A stretch of 63,661 nucleotides of DNA, filler included, from Atractiella rhizophila (GCA_021432655.1; 10 parts of 8 records of this genome joined end to end with filler, not necessarily neighbours in it); one strand, 5' to 3'; shown: positions 49,652 through 63,661, counted from the first letter of the whole stretch. The notes: generated by a model from the sequence alone, not told the origin. Program-made: numbers and translations.

Positions 49652-51284
49652 NNNNNNNNNNNNNNNNNNNNNNNNNNNNNNNNNNNNNNNNNNNNTTAAT
49701 TAATTAANNNNNNNNNNNNNNNNNNNNNNNNNNNNNNNNNNNNNNNNNNNNCTGTCAATGAGCTACGTGAGTCGTTCACGTAGGAAGGTGTACATCCATG
49801 TGTAATAAATATGATTAATTACATCATGACTTTTGACTCTATTCTACTCCTCCTACTCTTTCCATTTTAGCCGAATCTAAACACAATTCTACTAGCAAGT
49901 ACCGCACCAACCAGGGTGAACACGTTAGTTGATAGCTCGCACCTATCTTAATTCCCAACCGACTACAAAAGTAAGCAAGCTTGCCTTCCGTCAGTTTCGT
50001 TGGGTCAATATGGCATCAAAGAAATCAGTCAACAAATCAAGCTGTGTTATATGACAAAGAAAGAATGAAGAAGGGACAGCTGTGAGGGAGGGAGAAGGAA
50101 GAAACAGCAGCATGAGTCTGTATGCTTATTTCAGTCCAGTCCCTCACGTTGCTGTTGATGCTTAGTTTCCCGATTTGCAGAAATTCAGCCATTCCCGGTT
50201 ATGATGAGCTCGAAGTCTTATAGGCCGCGGCGCCGTCCATGCAACAGGTTAAAGACTATGCAAGATGATTTTCTTTGCTCCTTTGATTTTGATTGAGCGC
50301 AAATTAGGCCTCTTCTTAGCTTTACACGACACGCAAACCGTCTAGCGACAGCTCTCATCTAAGGATCAAGATGATAACTGCCCTTCACTCCGCAGATTCC
50401 CGTTATCGACAGGATCAAAGCCTCAAAGCTCTCTGGGACGGTTTATGCAAAAGCGACAAGAAGCAGGGGATTCCCAGATACCTCGTCCAACTCCTTTGCG
50501 TTCAGCTGCCATTCATTTCCATGCCATTCTTATTGCAGACTTGCTAGTAGGTGGGGTAGGAGTCGATGGGAACGCGCTGTCCTTTCTTCGGGAGAAGAGA
50601 ATGAATCCGGAATGGATAGCGAGTAAGTTCGTGATACGGAAGAGCACGATGAGGTGGATGTGTTGAACCAGGAATTCAATAGGTGGTTTCAGGTCTGTTT
50701 TCAAACTCGTTTCCCATTGGAACATTGGAACTGACGACTTTCCCTGGCCGAGCAGACAGACACCAGCTTTTCCTAGTGTCGTGACGCTGGTCGTTTGGGT
50801 CCTTGGAAGGTACTCTTTGTACAGAAAATTCGAGGTGATGTCGAGATCAAAATAAGAAGGGTTTCAAGCGGGATGTCGATTCAAAGACTTCAGTACGCTG
50901 CCCAACACAGCTTGGAAGAATAACTATAAAACTCGCCAATTGCATAGAAATTGCTACACTGGTATCATTTCAAATTTCTACAAGTTATGAAGCATCATTT
51001 ATACTCATGATCGTACTCTCTCCTTCTTCTCTGGAACGGAATCATGAAGTGACGATTAAGAATTCGGAGACCGGAAATGATGATGCAATGCCATGCTCGA
51101 GCGCTCATGAAGAAGTAAAGATGATTGAAGAAATGAAAGAAGCAGCAATCAACAAATCACACAAGTGGACGAAAAAGCAGTCAAGGAATCAATAAGATAA
51201 AGTGGAATCAAATATACACAACGAAAGTAGAATCGTCCAAAGGATGCACCTCCAACCACAGACTTAAAGGAAGCTGAAGGAGAA

Positions 51285-53519
51285 TCAAAAGTTCTCCATC
51301 TTCTTCCCCACATCTTCCAACCAAGGACTGTCATCACCCACACTCTCACCCACGAATGAGAATCCTCTAAACTCATCTGGTGCAATCTCCCTACTCTCCC
51401 TCTTCTTGATCTCCCAGCCCTCCTTATCCCTGAAAGCCGACTCAGGCGCCTCTCGCGAGACATCCGCCTCCGTAAACTCGCGATCGAAGTTGTCGACACT
51501 TTCGTCGGACGAGACGTTGGGCTTGAATGGAGGTGTGATCCGGAGTTGGGAGAGAGCAACCCAGTCGATGGAGGTGAAGAATGCATGTTCCTTCAGCTCC
51601 TGAGCGTCGTTCTTGCTACCCAATCGATGTTTGGGATTCCGGTTCAACAGCTGTGAATTCCTCGATCAGAGAACACTGACGAAGGGAGGGCAGGAGGGAT
51701 ACTTACACCCTTAACAAACTGTTTGCCATCATCCCCAATCACTCCCCTGGGGAACTTAATCTTGCCAAAGCAAATATTCTTATACATGCTTTGAGTATCC
51801 TCCGCATAGAAAGGACTCCATCCACAACACATCTCAAAGAGGAGAACTCCGAGTGACCAGAAGTCCACGAGCTTCGAGTACCCATGATCGTCGAGCAAGA
51901 CTTCAGGTGCAAGGTATTCCGTCGTTCCACAAAAGGTATTGGTGAGAGCATCAGGAGGGAGGTCTGGTTTTGAAAGTCCAAAGTCACAAAGGACGATGTG
52001 TCCTGTGGCGTCGAGGAGGATGTTTTCTGGTTTCAAATCACTGCATGATGACATCAGCCACACAATACAAAGCTGTGCGCAGAAGGGAGGAAGAGACGAA
52101 CCGATAGACGATATCGTACTTGTGCAAATGCTCAAATGCAAGCACTATCTCGGCGGTATAAAACCTCGCGCGATCCTCTGTAAAGCGACCCTCTTTCTGA
52201 AGATGATGGAATAGTTCCCCTCCGGACTTATAGTCCATGACCAAGAAGAGCTCCGTCTCGCTCTGAAAGCTGAACTTAAGACCCAACAAGAATGGGCATT
52301 CCGAGCTCCTCTGGAGGATCTTCCTCTCCCCAATAGTATGCGCAACCTCCTTCTTGGCAATGATTTCCTTCTTGCTTAGGACCTTCATGGCGTAAATCCT
52401 GTGCGTATCCTTCTTTCTAACCTGAAACACCCTCCCAAACGTTCCCCTTCCAATCATCTTCAAGAAGGCGAAATCAGTCGCCTGCAACTTCCTCGTCTCG
52501 CTCTTCTCAAACCGAATCTCCACTTTCACTTCCCCAGGCACGAGTTCTGCATCCTCCCTTGAACGGAGGGGAAACCAATCGGCGAAGAAAGAACCATGTC
52601 GCAGGCGTGGGCGGAACTGGAAATGTCCCAAGAAACGTTCTGTAGCAGAGATGACTGTGGGACTTGGCACTGCGGTCGAAGCGCCGCTTTTATCGCTGGA
52701 AGATGAATCGGGAGAGGGCGATCGAGAGCGCACACGGTCGTAGAGGGAGAAAGTGACGAGAGATTGGTCCGATACGACGTCGAATATAACCTCGTGCTTC
52801 CACACCGGATTACTAGTGGGGTGTACCATACCCTCCATATCATCATCGCTCGTATCCACTGCTTCTGCGGGCAAGGTGGCTGCCACACTGGCGGGTGAAG
52901 AATCTCCGCTCGCTCCGTTCGACATCATGGCTCCCATCTGCCGTTTGTACGCCTCCAAAGACTTGGCAAGGCCCGAAGGATTGACACCTCCTCGTCCAAT
53001 CGCGCTGTCCTTTCTTCCAGCCACAGTCGAGACCTCGGGCACACCCTCTCCGATGGGCGTACGAGAGATGAACTCGTTCTGATCGAAGGTAACTACGACG
53101 TACGGCCTGCGCGGCGGCGCCACATTTTCTCCTCCCTCGGCTGGGACACCCAAATTCCTAGCAGAGACAAGCTTGACGAACAACTTGCCCCGCTGACCCT
53201 TCTCGGGACCACTTTCCTTTCGACGCCGGGAGGGATCGAGTTTGAGATCGAACTCGGGTTCGCCCCGTGAGATGGCGGTGGTCGGTATGCCCTTGGTGCC
53301 TACAATGCCAGCTGTTGGCGTGGCGACTGTGGATGAGGAGAGGAAGGAGGGAGTGAAGATGGAGTTCTTGCGGGACGAGGACGCGGTGGTGGGAGAGGGA
53401 GGGATGAAGTCGAACGGATTACGATTGGCGTCGGATGCTTTTGGAGTGAGCATATCGGGAGTGGTCGCTCCTGACCCGTTGTGGGTGGAGGAGTGCAGGA
53501 ATGATTTGATTATTGACAT
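51285..53519 (-). CDS. SCH9: AGC Ser/Thr kinase Sch9/Sck1-like with C2 domain, two introns
   Basis: C2 (GKLFVKLVSARNL..PYVVVTFDQNEF), LKMIGRGTFGRV, KKEVAHTIGERKIL, YRDLKPENILLD, TNTFCGTTEYLAPE, PPFKP..NFDREF, hydrophobic motif FRGFSF. Confidence 0.9.
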
Positions 53520-56328
53520 TCTCGCCTATGCAAGGTCTATGCACGATCTTATCACCCGATTCTCGATTCACTGCGCGAAAAAAATACGAACGTGGTTAAG
53601 CTATTATTACGGTACGACTACGATATAGCGTTGCACTCCAGGTATTAGATATCGCTCGTAAACTGATAAGAGGACGATCTGGGAGATTTGAGGGATCTGA
53701 GGAGAAAAGGGGGAGATGGTGGTTTTTATGAAAGATCTGCTTATGACGTCGGGAGAAGTCTCACTCTGCCGACTCTCCCCAGAACTGCTTTTTCGCTGCA
53801 CCGATATCTACCCTGCGTGTATTATGCCTCCGTCCTAACTGGTATTTATGCTGAGTGTGGCTGAGTATAGATATGCTGATATACTGATGCAGTGGCGAAT
53901 CGTCGTTTTCTTCCAGGAGATTACCGAACATTCGGGCTGAGCATGAATCAGCGCATCGATCGGGTGTTTCGTACGATTCGTGCATTCTTCCTCGTGCACC
54001 CTTTCAACGCTTTGAACAGTTCCCTCGAATTTTAGATATCATGAGCACGTAAACAAGGGTGGCAAACTGGGTTAGGCGTTCGGAGGTGCGATGAACGGAC
54101 AACTTATCAACTGCCTGGCGAGTCCAGCCTGTTGTTGGCGTGGGGGAATTCTTCAGTGGACTCGTTGGGGCAGTTCGACAGCAAAAGTCGTGGTTGGATC
54201 TAGCCAAGGAAGGGAAGAACAGGACGAGCAGGGTAAAGTCGGATATTTCATGGATCGATGCGAGCTCTCGTCCGCTACTCCCATCGAGGTTATTGAAGCG
54301 AGTATTGCTGGCTCGCGGCGGAATTCGAGTCGGAGTTCGGACGCTGAAGTTGCTCAATCGATTGATGATTTATTCATCCGTCTGTTGCGTATTGATTAGA
54401 CGAGTGCACTTTGCCGTGGATGTTGTGCTAGTATCACTCGGAAAAGGCGTTTTGCTAGGTGCTCAGTTCGTCGTATCCCACGCTTATGCTAATGGAAGAA
54501 GACGCGACACAACGCTTTCTCAAATTGATTCTGCTCCTACTCCTCCTTAGAATTGTTTTCTGTCGATTTGCTTCGCCCGTTATTGCATGGCCACCGACCT
54601 TTTTTCGATGCATCTTCTTGTGACTTATCCATTGCAGAGTGCCACTGTTTCAGATTTGCAGCAAGACTCGATGTCATCCCGTATAATGATGAAATGTCCG
54701 CCCAATTTTATCTGAAGGAAGATATATCAAAATAGAGTGATGGGTTAAAAAAACACTCATTGCCAACCTTGATTCGCCGGGGAAAGTTGCAACTGCAACC
54801 ATCTTGAAAGAAAAATCGACCAGCAATCGACGTATCGAAATGAAACTAGGGACAAAGGTGTTCTTGCAGTCACTCGTAATCTCCAGTTAAAAGTTCCATG
54901 TAGGCATTGGGGACAATTGACATGAGCCTGTTCACCTCTTTCTGTCGTTCGAGAGTTCACTAACTTGCGCTCTAGTTCCTCAAAGTAAAGGCATGAGGTC
55001 CCGATTTCATTCTTTTCCTGCCTTTGTTTGGATGATCAATCTGATGATGAGATGGGTGCAGCGGCTTCCAGCGCGAACTCTTCGTTATCAAACGCCAGAC
55101 GGATTGCTCAATGTTGGCTTTTGTGGCTACCCTGTCAGAGAGGTCCTGTGACGGGATGTGTTTCGAGTCAGGCCATGCCTCCCACACAATGTGTCAGAAG
55201 GGTTAATGAGGATAGCAATCGTTGAGTGGGTATCCTAACTCGCATATAAAGAGCAGCAATGTGGGCTTATGGTTTGGTCCATTCTCCATTACCCGCGGCA
55301 CAACATGTTTCTGATGCTGGGATCACGAGAAGCAGCAACACGCTGAAGCATCCGCTGAAACCAGACGAGACATATGAAAGCAAAATGACACGAGTGGTCT
55401 GCTTGACGGACGAGTAGGCATATCAGGAAAGAAAGCTCGCTAGCAGCTTACACTTCAGATAGCGCTGACTGAGCTGTTCTTCATCCTTTTCATTGCTAGA
55501 TAGCGACAATTCAGCATAACACACTTGAATTTTCTGCTCCCTTGTAAGAACTGGATAGTAATCTTAGAGTTTCAGTGATCCAATGTAGAAAATATACCAA
55601 TGTTCTGCAACCAGAGGCTTTCTTTGTTTGCCAGATTGGCTCATCTATAATTCATTAGGATAAAACAAAACTTACCAAGCAAATGCAGAATGAAATAAGG
55701 TGCGTGAAGTGGAGACAAAGGCATCTTGGGCATCTGCCAAGGCTGGAGCATGTGGTAATAATGACAGAACCGTTTGTGTGCAGGTGACAACTTCCATGAA
55801 CAAGCGATGGGAAGGTAAATAATGCCGAAAGGGTGCTTCTCAACTTTAGCGGGAATATAAAGCACTTTGCCACTAAATGACATATTGATCGCAGTTAAGA
55901 GGTAATACCATCACAAAAATCCTAACACAAAGAAATAGTGTGAATAAAAACAAATCAATTTATGGTCAGACCACAATAAGTTACAAGCCTCTTGTTGCAC
56001 AAAGGGATCTTGATGGTCTAAGAAACTAAGGATCTCAATTCATTCCACAGGAAAAGGCGACAAGTTACGAGCTCCTTGTTGCACAAAGGGATCTGGGCTG
56101 GTTGGCTCCGTTGCGCTGGCAGGAGTCTTGACTGACATTATTTGCTGCATGTTCATGCGCACAAAGCTTCCTTCCATTATTGAGTATAAAAACTTGCTCT
56201 GGGGTGACAATTGGTCTTCCTAAGAGAAATCCTCTGCGAAGAAAATAGGAGGACTAACATCAGGACATCAGAATGCCTTGGATCAACTTGCATCCCCTTT
56301 ATTCGAGCAGGATTACCAAATCTAAGAG

Positions 56329-57872
56329 ATGGTTTGTTTGCCTCCGCCAGTTGTAACTGCTCATCACGAGTCTTGCAGGGTTGCCCGTAAAGCCGTGGTC
56401 ACCATGACCAATGGGGATACCTTGGATCCAAATTTACACCCTCATTATGAAGCCAGCGACGCCCCGTTGTATCCTTGGACATCTTCCACATTTCCAAGGC
56501 CAAGGGGAAGCTGTTACGATGAACAGCTGCAGAACCAGGTTAGGGTAAAACAGCAGTGCCAACATCGAACAAATCCAGCTGAAGGAAACGAGTATGGCTT
56601 TCGCGAGGGTGTGGAACCTCTTTATGGTACCGAAAGACCACGTAGCAATTTGCATCGTGAGCAATTCCTCTGGCACCCTCACAAGGATGATAACTTCCGA
56701 TTTTGAAGCCCGAAGGATAATTCAACAAAATATCCGAGCTTTCCCTGGTTTGGGGAGATGGGGTTGAAACAGAACTGGCCTCGTTATTTGCAAATCCTAG
56801 TTCGCAATGCGATATTTTGCATCCATTATACGTGTAAGAAGTGAAGACCGCATGACTCACTGCCGCATTGTACTGATGCGGCGAAGTGTGTGCAAGCCAG
56901 AGTAGCACCTTAAACTTGACGCAAGCTTGATGGACCTGTCCCAATCCTGCCATTTGAATGGCCTATATAAATTTTGCGAAAGGACGGAACTTATACACAA
57001 TATGATGAACAACTTCCGCACCACCTCAAACCATTTGGAGGGTCCGTTTTGCAGCCAGAAAGGAACGCGAAAAGGAAACCCTCCGTTTCCTAAGCTGTCT
57101 TCAGATGTAAGTACTTTGATTAAACGTACACAAACTGATTCAACGACAGAAGAGCATCGAAGAGCAAGGAAAGAAAAAGGTATTGTTGGAAACAAAGCGA
57201 ATGAAAGGTACACAGCTTTGCAAATTGTCTCCTGTGGTCCTCATAATTTGATAGGCATTATTGGGCAGAAGCTTAATGGAGTGCCTATCCTAGGATCGCG
57301 AAGAGTGCGCCAGGTTGTTCTAGCCGCGGTTTTTCCAGAATTTTACACTACAGAAGAAGTAGACACCTTGCACGGTCTGCTAGACGAGGCATGGACAGCA
57401 AGATGTCAATTTTTCGGCCAGACAAACCAAGAACCTGATCAAAACCGTCTGATGTGGCGATATAGAGCAGGCCAATTTGAAGAAATTCGATGGACAGGAT
57501 CTCGTTCGATTGACCGTTTCGGTCTATCGCCATGGTGGGCTGGTGGTATCATTTTTGGGCTATTGAACGAGATGCCTCGGGAGTACTTCGCCCACATTGG
57601 CGCTTACGTGGAGATTTTAGCGGCGAGCAATATGATGACAGCAGGGGCACGGGTAAAGGCATAGGGATTTGTACCTGTTACCGTGCACAGCCAATGAACC
57701 GCGTTATTGGGATTTAAAGGACCATGAAACTGTTCAAAGCAGATATCTGGTGTCTACATATTGGGGAAACCGAACCCTTGATTCGATACACAGACGAGAT
57801 GGGAATGAAAGTAAAGGTTCGCACTATCACTTTTCCAGTGCCAGAAAATGTGATAGTCGTCTAAAAGCATAG
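56329..57872 (+). pseudogene. Possible decayed coding sequence of unknown family
   Basis: Consecutive ORFs (125, 245, 67 aa) on one strand separated by stops and frame changes, with no clear introns and no recognisable motif. Confidence 0.3.
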
Positions 57873-58576
57873 TTGTGAGATCCAGGCGTAGAACGATCGA
57901 ACGATCAGATAGTGCGGTCAGTACAACTCAAGTGTTGTTCTCAGTTGGGTAGGAAAAATCACTCCATCGCCTGCACGCAATAACTTCCTTTCTATGATTA
58001 TTTGCATCCAACTATTGCCGTAGATGAACGATATGTGGGAGAAAAAGAAACGGGAGGAACTGATCTCTACACGGATCAACTTAGAGATTCTACAAATACT
58101 AGAGGCCGTGCAACAATAATCAAGGTCTTTCTTTAGTTCTCTCGGGGCGGGCTATCAAAATCATCACTTCCTTAGATGTACTCGCATTTGAACATTTCGG
58201 ATCGGCACAGGACGAGTAGACTACAACAAATTCGGATCGTGTGGAAAATCCACCCTCAAATTTCACTCACCTCACAGTGACAAGCGAAGCTTGACTTATT
58301 CTAACGAACCCATCACTTCTCATCCCTTCCCCCACCTACATCCACAATGTTCTTCGGGACTTTTCATTGTCGAAATGAACAAATGCAAAAGCATAAAGTT
58401 AAGGTTCCAACACAACGAGCTTTTACAATCAAGCTCGCAGCAAAGTATATTTCTCTTGCCTAGTTTGGATATTTTTCTCCAACGAGGACTCAAATCACTG
58501 TGATTGGGAGGAATTGCCTTCTTTCGTGAGCAGAAAGTGCTCATCTATGCTGAGGAACTGAGAAAGGGTCAGTGAA

Positions 58577-60099
58577 ATGAGGCCAACTCGTCTTCCAAAA
58601 TTCTCCCTCAAACGCCAATATACCGCCCCAGCATCAACTTCCTATGCATCGCAGCACCCTCCCGACAGCTGGACGAACGTTCCCCCCTCTATTCTCGCAA
58701 AGAAGGACCAAAACTTGTACCTGAACCCGTCGCACCCTATTGGCATCCTCCGTTCGCTCATCCACTCCTCCCTCAGCTCCTACACGTCCATTCCAGCTCC
58801 ATCTCCCATAGTATCCACCTACAAGAACTTCGACGAGCTCGGTTTCCCTCCAGACCATCCTGGAAGGAGCGTGAAGGACAGCTACTACCTAAACCAGAAC
58901 ACTATGCTCAGAACCCATACGTCTGCTCATGAAGTTGATACTTTCAGAATGGGCCATGACAGGTGGATCTTGACGGCCGACGTGTACAGGAGGGATGAAA
59001 TTGACTATTCACATTATCCAGTCTTTCACCAGATGGAAGGAGCGGACGTAGTTGCTCGCGAAAATGTGTCGGACTATGGACCGCGCACGGAGAAGCTGGA
59101 GAGGGAACTAAGTAAAGAGAACGTCCTTATCGAAGACACAACTCGGATAGGGAAGGATAACGACTACCAGCCTGAACACGACCCGAAAGAAGTGGATTTG
59201 GCGGTGGCGCATCTCAAAGCTACCATCAACACCATGTTCCTGGGAATGCTAAGGGAGCCACTGCAGAAAACTGGGGAAAAGCTACAGATACGTTGGATCG
59301 ACGCTTTTTTCCCATTTACTAGCCCGAGTTACGAGGTTGAGATATTGTACAAAGGAAAATGGATGGAAATGCTAGGGAGTGGGATTATTAAGCAACATAC
59401 TTTAAATCAAGCTGGTTCGTCATCAGTTCCTTTCCTCTCGTCCATACGGATCATGAAACGATATGCTGACAATTACGGTCGAAGGGATGAGCCATAAGAT
59501 GGGGTGGGCTTTTGGGCTAGGCCTCGAACGCATAGCCATGCTTCTGTTCAACATCCCCGACATCCGACTTTTCTGGTCCCAAGACGAAAGATTCCTTTCG
59601 CAGTTCCAAGCTGGAAGAATAAATGAATTTAAGCCCTATTCTAGTACGTTCGTCCCTCCTCATATACAAACATTCGTCGCATTAACTCTTCGTTTGAAAT
59701 AGAATACCCTACCTGCTATAAAGATACCTCTTTCTGGGCTCCCACCTCCTTTCACGAAAACGATTTCTGTGAGATTGTGCGAGAGCTGTGCGGCGACCTA
59801 GTGGAGAGCGTGACTCTCGTAAGTCTTCTCTTCTCGGCAGCCCACCGATACCACCACACAAACATGATGTTGTATAGATCGACAACTTTCTTCACCCAAA
59901 AACCAAAAGGACAGGCCTGTGTTACCGCATCAATTATCGGTCAATGGATCGGTTTGTCTTCCTCTTTTCCTGCATAGAACCAGAGGAGTAATAATGGCGT
60001 TGGCGGTGGTTTAGCAATCTAACGAATGAGGAGGTGAACGTTATTCATGCACGGGTGGTGCAAGCACTGGAGAAGCAGATGGCTCTCGAGATGCGTTAA
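58577..60099 (+). CDS. MSF1: Mitochondrial phenylalanyl-tRNA synthetase, spliced
   Basis: Arg-rich presequence, [72 protein letters not shown], anticodon-binding [11 protein letters not shown]. Confidence 0.95.
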
Positions 60100-60223
60100 C
60101 CTCTTGATTGCTCAAAAAAGGAANNNNNNNNNNNNNNNNNNNNNNNNNNNNNNNNNNNNNNNNNNNNTTAATTAATTAANNNNNNNNNNNNNNNNNNNNN
60201 NNNNNNNNNNNNNNNNNNNNNNN

Positions 60224-62457
60224 TCTCCGAGCGGAGTGCCTGCAAAGGTCCTCCTTCCCCTTACCGCGTTCCTCGCGTACTCCAAATCCCTAAGAATGCC
60301 ACTCGGTCCCTCCTCCTCTCCTACTTCATGACCGCTCGCCGGCACGGCTGCGCTCCCTAGCTTCATGCCTCTCTCCAAAGCACCATCGATATCACTTGTG
60401 CCCAGTCCAGAGAGCCTCCTCGTAACGTTATTCATCGAGAAAGTCCTCGGCTCGAGCGGCGCAACGTACTCCTCTCCCTTATTCTCCGCCACCGCAGGGG
60501 ACCTGAGAGCCTGAAGAGTGGTCGCGTCTTTCATGGCGATATCGCTCAGTGACTGGGCCATCGAAGCATATTCGTGCGTCCTCAACCCCTCTTCGCGCGC
60601 AAACTCCCTCTCCGCCTTCTTCGCCGCCTCTTCATACTCTTCATACGACATCTCCTCCGTTCCAACCCTTCCTCCGGTCCTGTTAAACACGAAGGGCGAG
60701 AACGGTCCTTTTTTTTCTTCCTCTGAATCCGATGAATCGTCATAGAATACGCTGCCTGCTGCAGCTTCCGCCGCCGCCGCCGCTGCTGTAGAAGAGGGCT
60801 CTGCTTTTGGCGGAGAGCGGATGTTCGCGATGGAAGTTGCATCTCTGGAGGAGACAGCCGTGAGATGTTCAGCCATGCTCATCGCTCTCTTTGGTGCGGG
60901 CTTTTTCTTCGTCTCGACCTTTGGAGGCGGAACTGGGGGAGGAGCGTACGTCACTTCCTTCTTTGTCCCTAGTATCAAGCCTAACTTATCTCCGAGCCAA
61001 GTTTCGACCAATGATCCGATTCTCGTCTTGAGGGAGGACTTGAGGAGAGGAAGGGCGGCGTTGAATAATGCGTCTTTGATGGTTGAACCAGTGGAGAGTG
61101 AGAGCTGGAGAGCTTTGACGCGGACATGGATGGAGTCAAAGAATGGAATAGGAGAGGATGGCCTATCGATGAGATGCAAGGAGATGTCGAAGGCGAGAGT
61201 CGCGTCCAGAGTTCCACTCGTACCGTCGTAGGTGAAGTCGGTCTGCTCCAGCTTCATTCTCACGTTCTCCATATCGACCCCTGTCTTCTTTCCGCCTTTG
61301 CCGCCTCCGCTACCCCAAAGTGACTGTTTCTTGCTAACCGTCACATCCTCAGGCACCAAGTCCTCGAACAACAGCACTACATCCTTAAGCGACACCTTCT
61401 TCCCTCCTTCCTCTCCCTCGACATCTCCAACCTCCACTCTACCCCATTCACGCGCCAAAGTTCTCACAAACTCCTTAACTCCCTCCGTATCGCCTCTCAA
61501 CAGCTTTACGACCCTCTTCCAGTCTCTCGCCAACCTCTCAACTCCATCTTTACCCCCCATCCCCTCCTTGACAGCCACAACTTCCCGCCAGACTCTCCCG
61601 CCCAACTCCGAAAACAAAACTTCTCTAACTTTCGTCCAAACGATATCCAGCCGCGCCGCCGTCTCGCTAGGGGAGAAAGGTGCACCCGTAAGCGGATGAG
61701 GGACATAATCGGCCACTGGTGGAGGATACGGAGAGTTAAGGAACGCCTGAATCTGCTGGGCCAATGTGGACAGCTCTGTGATCGTTGACTGGACGTAAAG
61801 GGGGAGGAGAGAGATGAAAGGGAAGAGAGGGACACCGGATAGGTATTCGATTGCATTTTTGCCTTCCCTCAGCAGCCTAGCTAGGTGACTGCCTTGTCCT
61901 GCGTTGTTGAGGCGGACGAGGAGGTCGTCGATCAGTTTGGAAAGGGTGGAAGCGGAGGAGGTGAGGAGCGTGGAGATGCTAGAAAGGACGGAAAGGAAGA
62001 GGTATCCATAGACTGGGGAGGTGGACAGTTTCAGTCCCAGGGAGGTGAGGGCCGCAGAGACCGTCGGCGGCGCGGCGGCAGGCAGACCTAACCCTGCGGT
62101 GATTTGGGAAGAGGAGGTAGAGAGGAGAGAGCTGTATTGTGCTTGGGAGCGGGAGATGCTGTAGCACTTGTCAGTGCCCACCTAAAACAAAGAAGAGAAA
62201 CAGACAGATCACCAACTTCTGGCTCGGTCAACAACAGTTTGTACACCTTTTGCAAGCTCGCAATCACATCCTCGATCCTGACTACGACCTTGGCAGCTCC
62301 ATAAGCTCCTATGGACTTGTCCACGACACCTTCCCGTCATGAAATCTTACTTTCGTTTCAATCCGCATAGAAAGCAGAGACGCACCTTTGAACTCATTGA
62401 ATGCCTGCTCTCCCTCATTCACAAGCACTTCCAAGAACGCTCCGACCGGCGTATCCA
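60224..62457 (-). CDS. Large hypothetical protein fragment, truncated both ends, possibly containing a BPI/TULIP-like lipid-binding segment
   Basis: ORF of over 650 codons. Segment IHVRVKALQLSLSTGSTIKDALFNAALPLLKSSLKTRIGSLVE resembles the strand-then-long-helix end of BPI-like folds; family assignment tentative. Confidence 0.5.
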
Positions 62458-62557
62458 NNNNNNNNNNNNNNNNNNNNNNNNNNNNNNNNNNNNNNNNNNN
62501 NTTAATTAATTAANNNNNNNNNNNNNNNNNNNNNNNNNNNNNNNNNNNNNNNNNNNN

Positions 62558-63640
62558 GGTTTAGGACGTATGGGCTGTCAGAGCACTGCCCACGGTATGA
62601 AAAGAGCGATCTGTACCCAGAGGAGGTGTGTCAGTTGCTCAGAGATTCAACGACATGAGTTTCATGTGTTGTGTTTTGGTGACAGGAACATCTGCAAGTG
62701 GGAGAGCTCGAGAGACTGTTCGACGGGTACATATCCACCGCTTCTTCGTTAAAGAAAGAACACGAAGGACGAATATCTCTCTTGATAGGTCTGGAGACGG
62801 AATATCTCCGCCCAGCCTCCATCTCCTCCTTACTCTCTCTTCTCTCCAAACATCCATCCATCGACTACTTGGTTGGCTCAGTCCACCATGTGAATTCCAT
62901 ACCCATAGACTTCTCCCAACCTCTCTTCTCTACAGCCCTCTCCTCCTGCGGCAACTCCATCCCGAAACTTCTAGAGGCTTATTTCGACCATCAATACGGG
63001 ATCATCGATTCCCTCCGTCCCGAAATCATCGGCCACTTCGATGTCATCCGCCTCTTTCTTCCCTCTGAAGAGAAGGAGATGGATTGGAAGGAAGTAGAGG
63101 AGTACAGAGATGTTTGGAAGAAGGTAGAGAGGAATGTGGAGCGCGCGATAGAGTATGGCGCGCTCTTCGAAATCAATACTGCCGGCTTCGCGAAATGGGG
63201 CAAACCGTGGTCTTCGATCAGCGTCATCAAAGTATGCATGACCTTCTACTCTCTCCTCCTCTTCTTCCCCATCCTCACCGCTGACAGGTAGCGTACAGTT
63301 AATAATCCAGAAAGGAGGACGCCTGACATTATCAGACGACGCACACTCTCCAGACCGCGTCGGACAATCATACCACCTCCTCAAATCCTGGTTTGCGCAA
63401 GCATTCCCCAACGAACAGGTAGACATCTGGCAACTCACCCCTTCTTCTTCTCTTTCTAGTACGTCAGCGACCCAAAGAATAGGCGGGGGTCACACTGGAG
63501 CAAGGATCTGTGGAAAGGATGGGAAGAGGGAGCCATGGACGAGGGTGAGAGCGGAGAAGGTGGAGGGATTATGGGAGGACGGTTTCTGGGACAAGGCGAT
63601 GGATGGGAGGTTTTGGAAGCCGCCGAATGTGGATGTTTGA
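62558..63640 (+). CDS. HIS2: Histidinol-phosphatase (PHP family), 5' truncated, spliced
   Basis: YGLSEHCPRY, LIGLETEY, DYLVGSVHHVNSIPIDF, IGHFDVI, FEINTAG, LSDDAHS; in-frame stop TGA 63638-63640. Confidence 0.9.
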
Positions 63641-63661
63641 TGGAACGGCGAGGATAATTGA

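Noticed and set aside
10515..62557. Regularly recurring TTAATTAATTAA palindromes as a biological repeat or CRISPR-like array
   Set aside because: Always centred in exactly 44+44 Ns; an artificial six-frame-stop linker.
1..63661. rRNA, tRNA, gasdermin or amyloid-motif genes
   Set aside because: None recognised by eye, including next to the NLR. A tRNAscan/Infernal/HMM run would be needed to exclude them.

Overview
Intron-rich fungal genomic DNA, most likely a basidiomycete (short GT-AG introns, CTAAC/CTGAC branch sites). The window is not one locus. It is ten contigs joined by nine identical 100-bp linkers (N44-TTAATTAATTAA-N44), so adjacency across linkers is unreliable. Housekeeping genes include SEC63 (partial), an MFS monocarboxylate-type transporter with an internal ~1-kb tandem duplication, an LRR protein, ARS2/SERRATE (partial), three alpha/beta hydrolases with PTS1-like ends, a GRE2-like reductase, pirin, an F-box-like gene with a decayed paralog, peroxisomal ANT1, a thiolase, a P450, an FSH1-like hydrolase, a probable transcription factor, SCH9, mitochondrial PheRS and HIS2. 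The standout is the contig at 39250-49651. It carries a fungal NLR (patatin-like domain, STAND NTPase, ten highly similar 120-bp TPR repeats) whose apparent stop codon lies inside a TACTAAC branch point. Removing an 80-nt GT-AG intron (46445-46524) fuses the NLR in frame to a downstream trypsin-like serine protease with an intact His/Asp/Ser triad. The patatin domain appears to have lost its catalytic Asp, and the cassette is bracketed by ~0.87-kb direct repeats. All family calls come from motif recognition by eye; no database searches were run.
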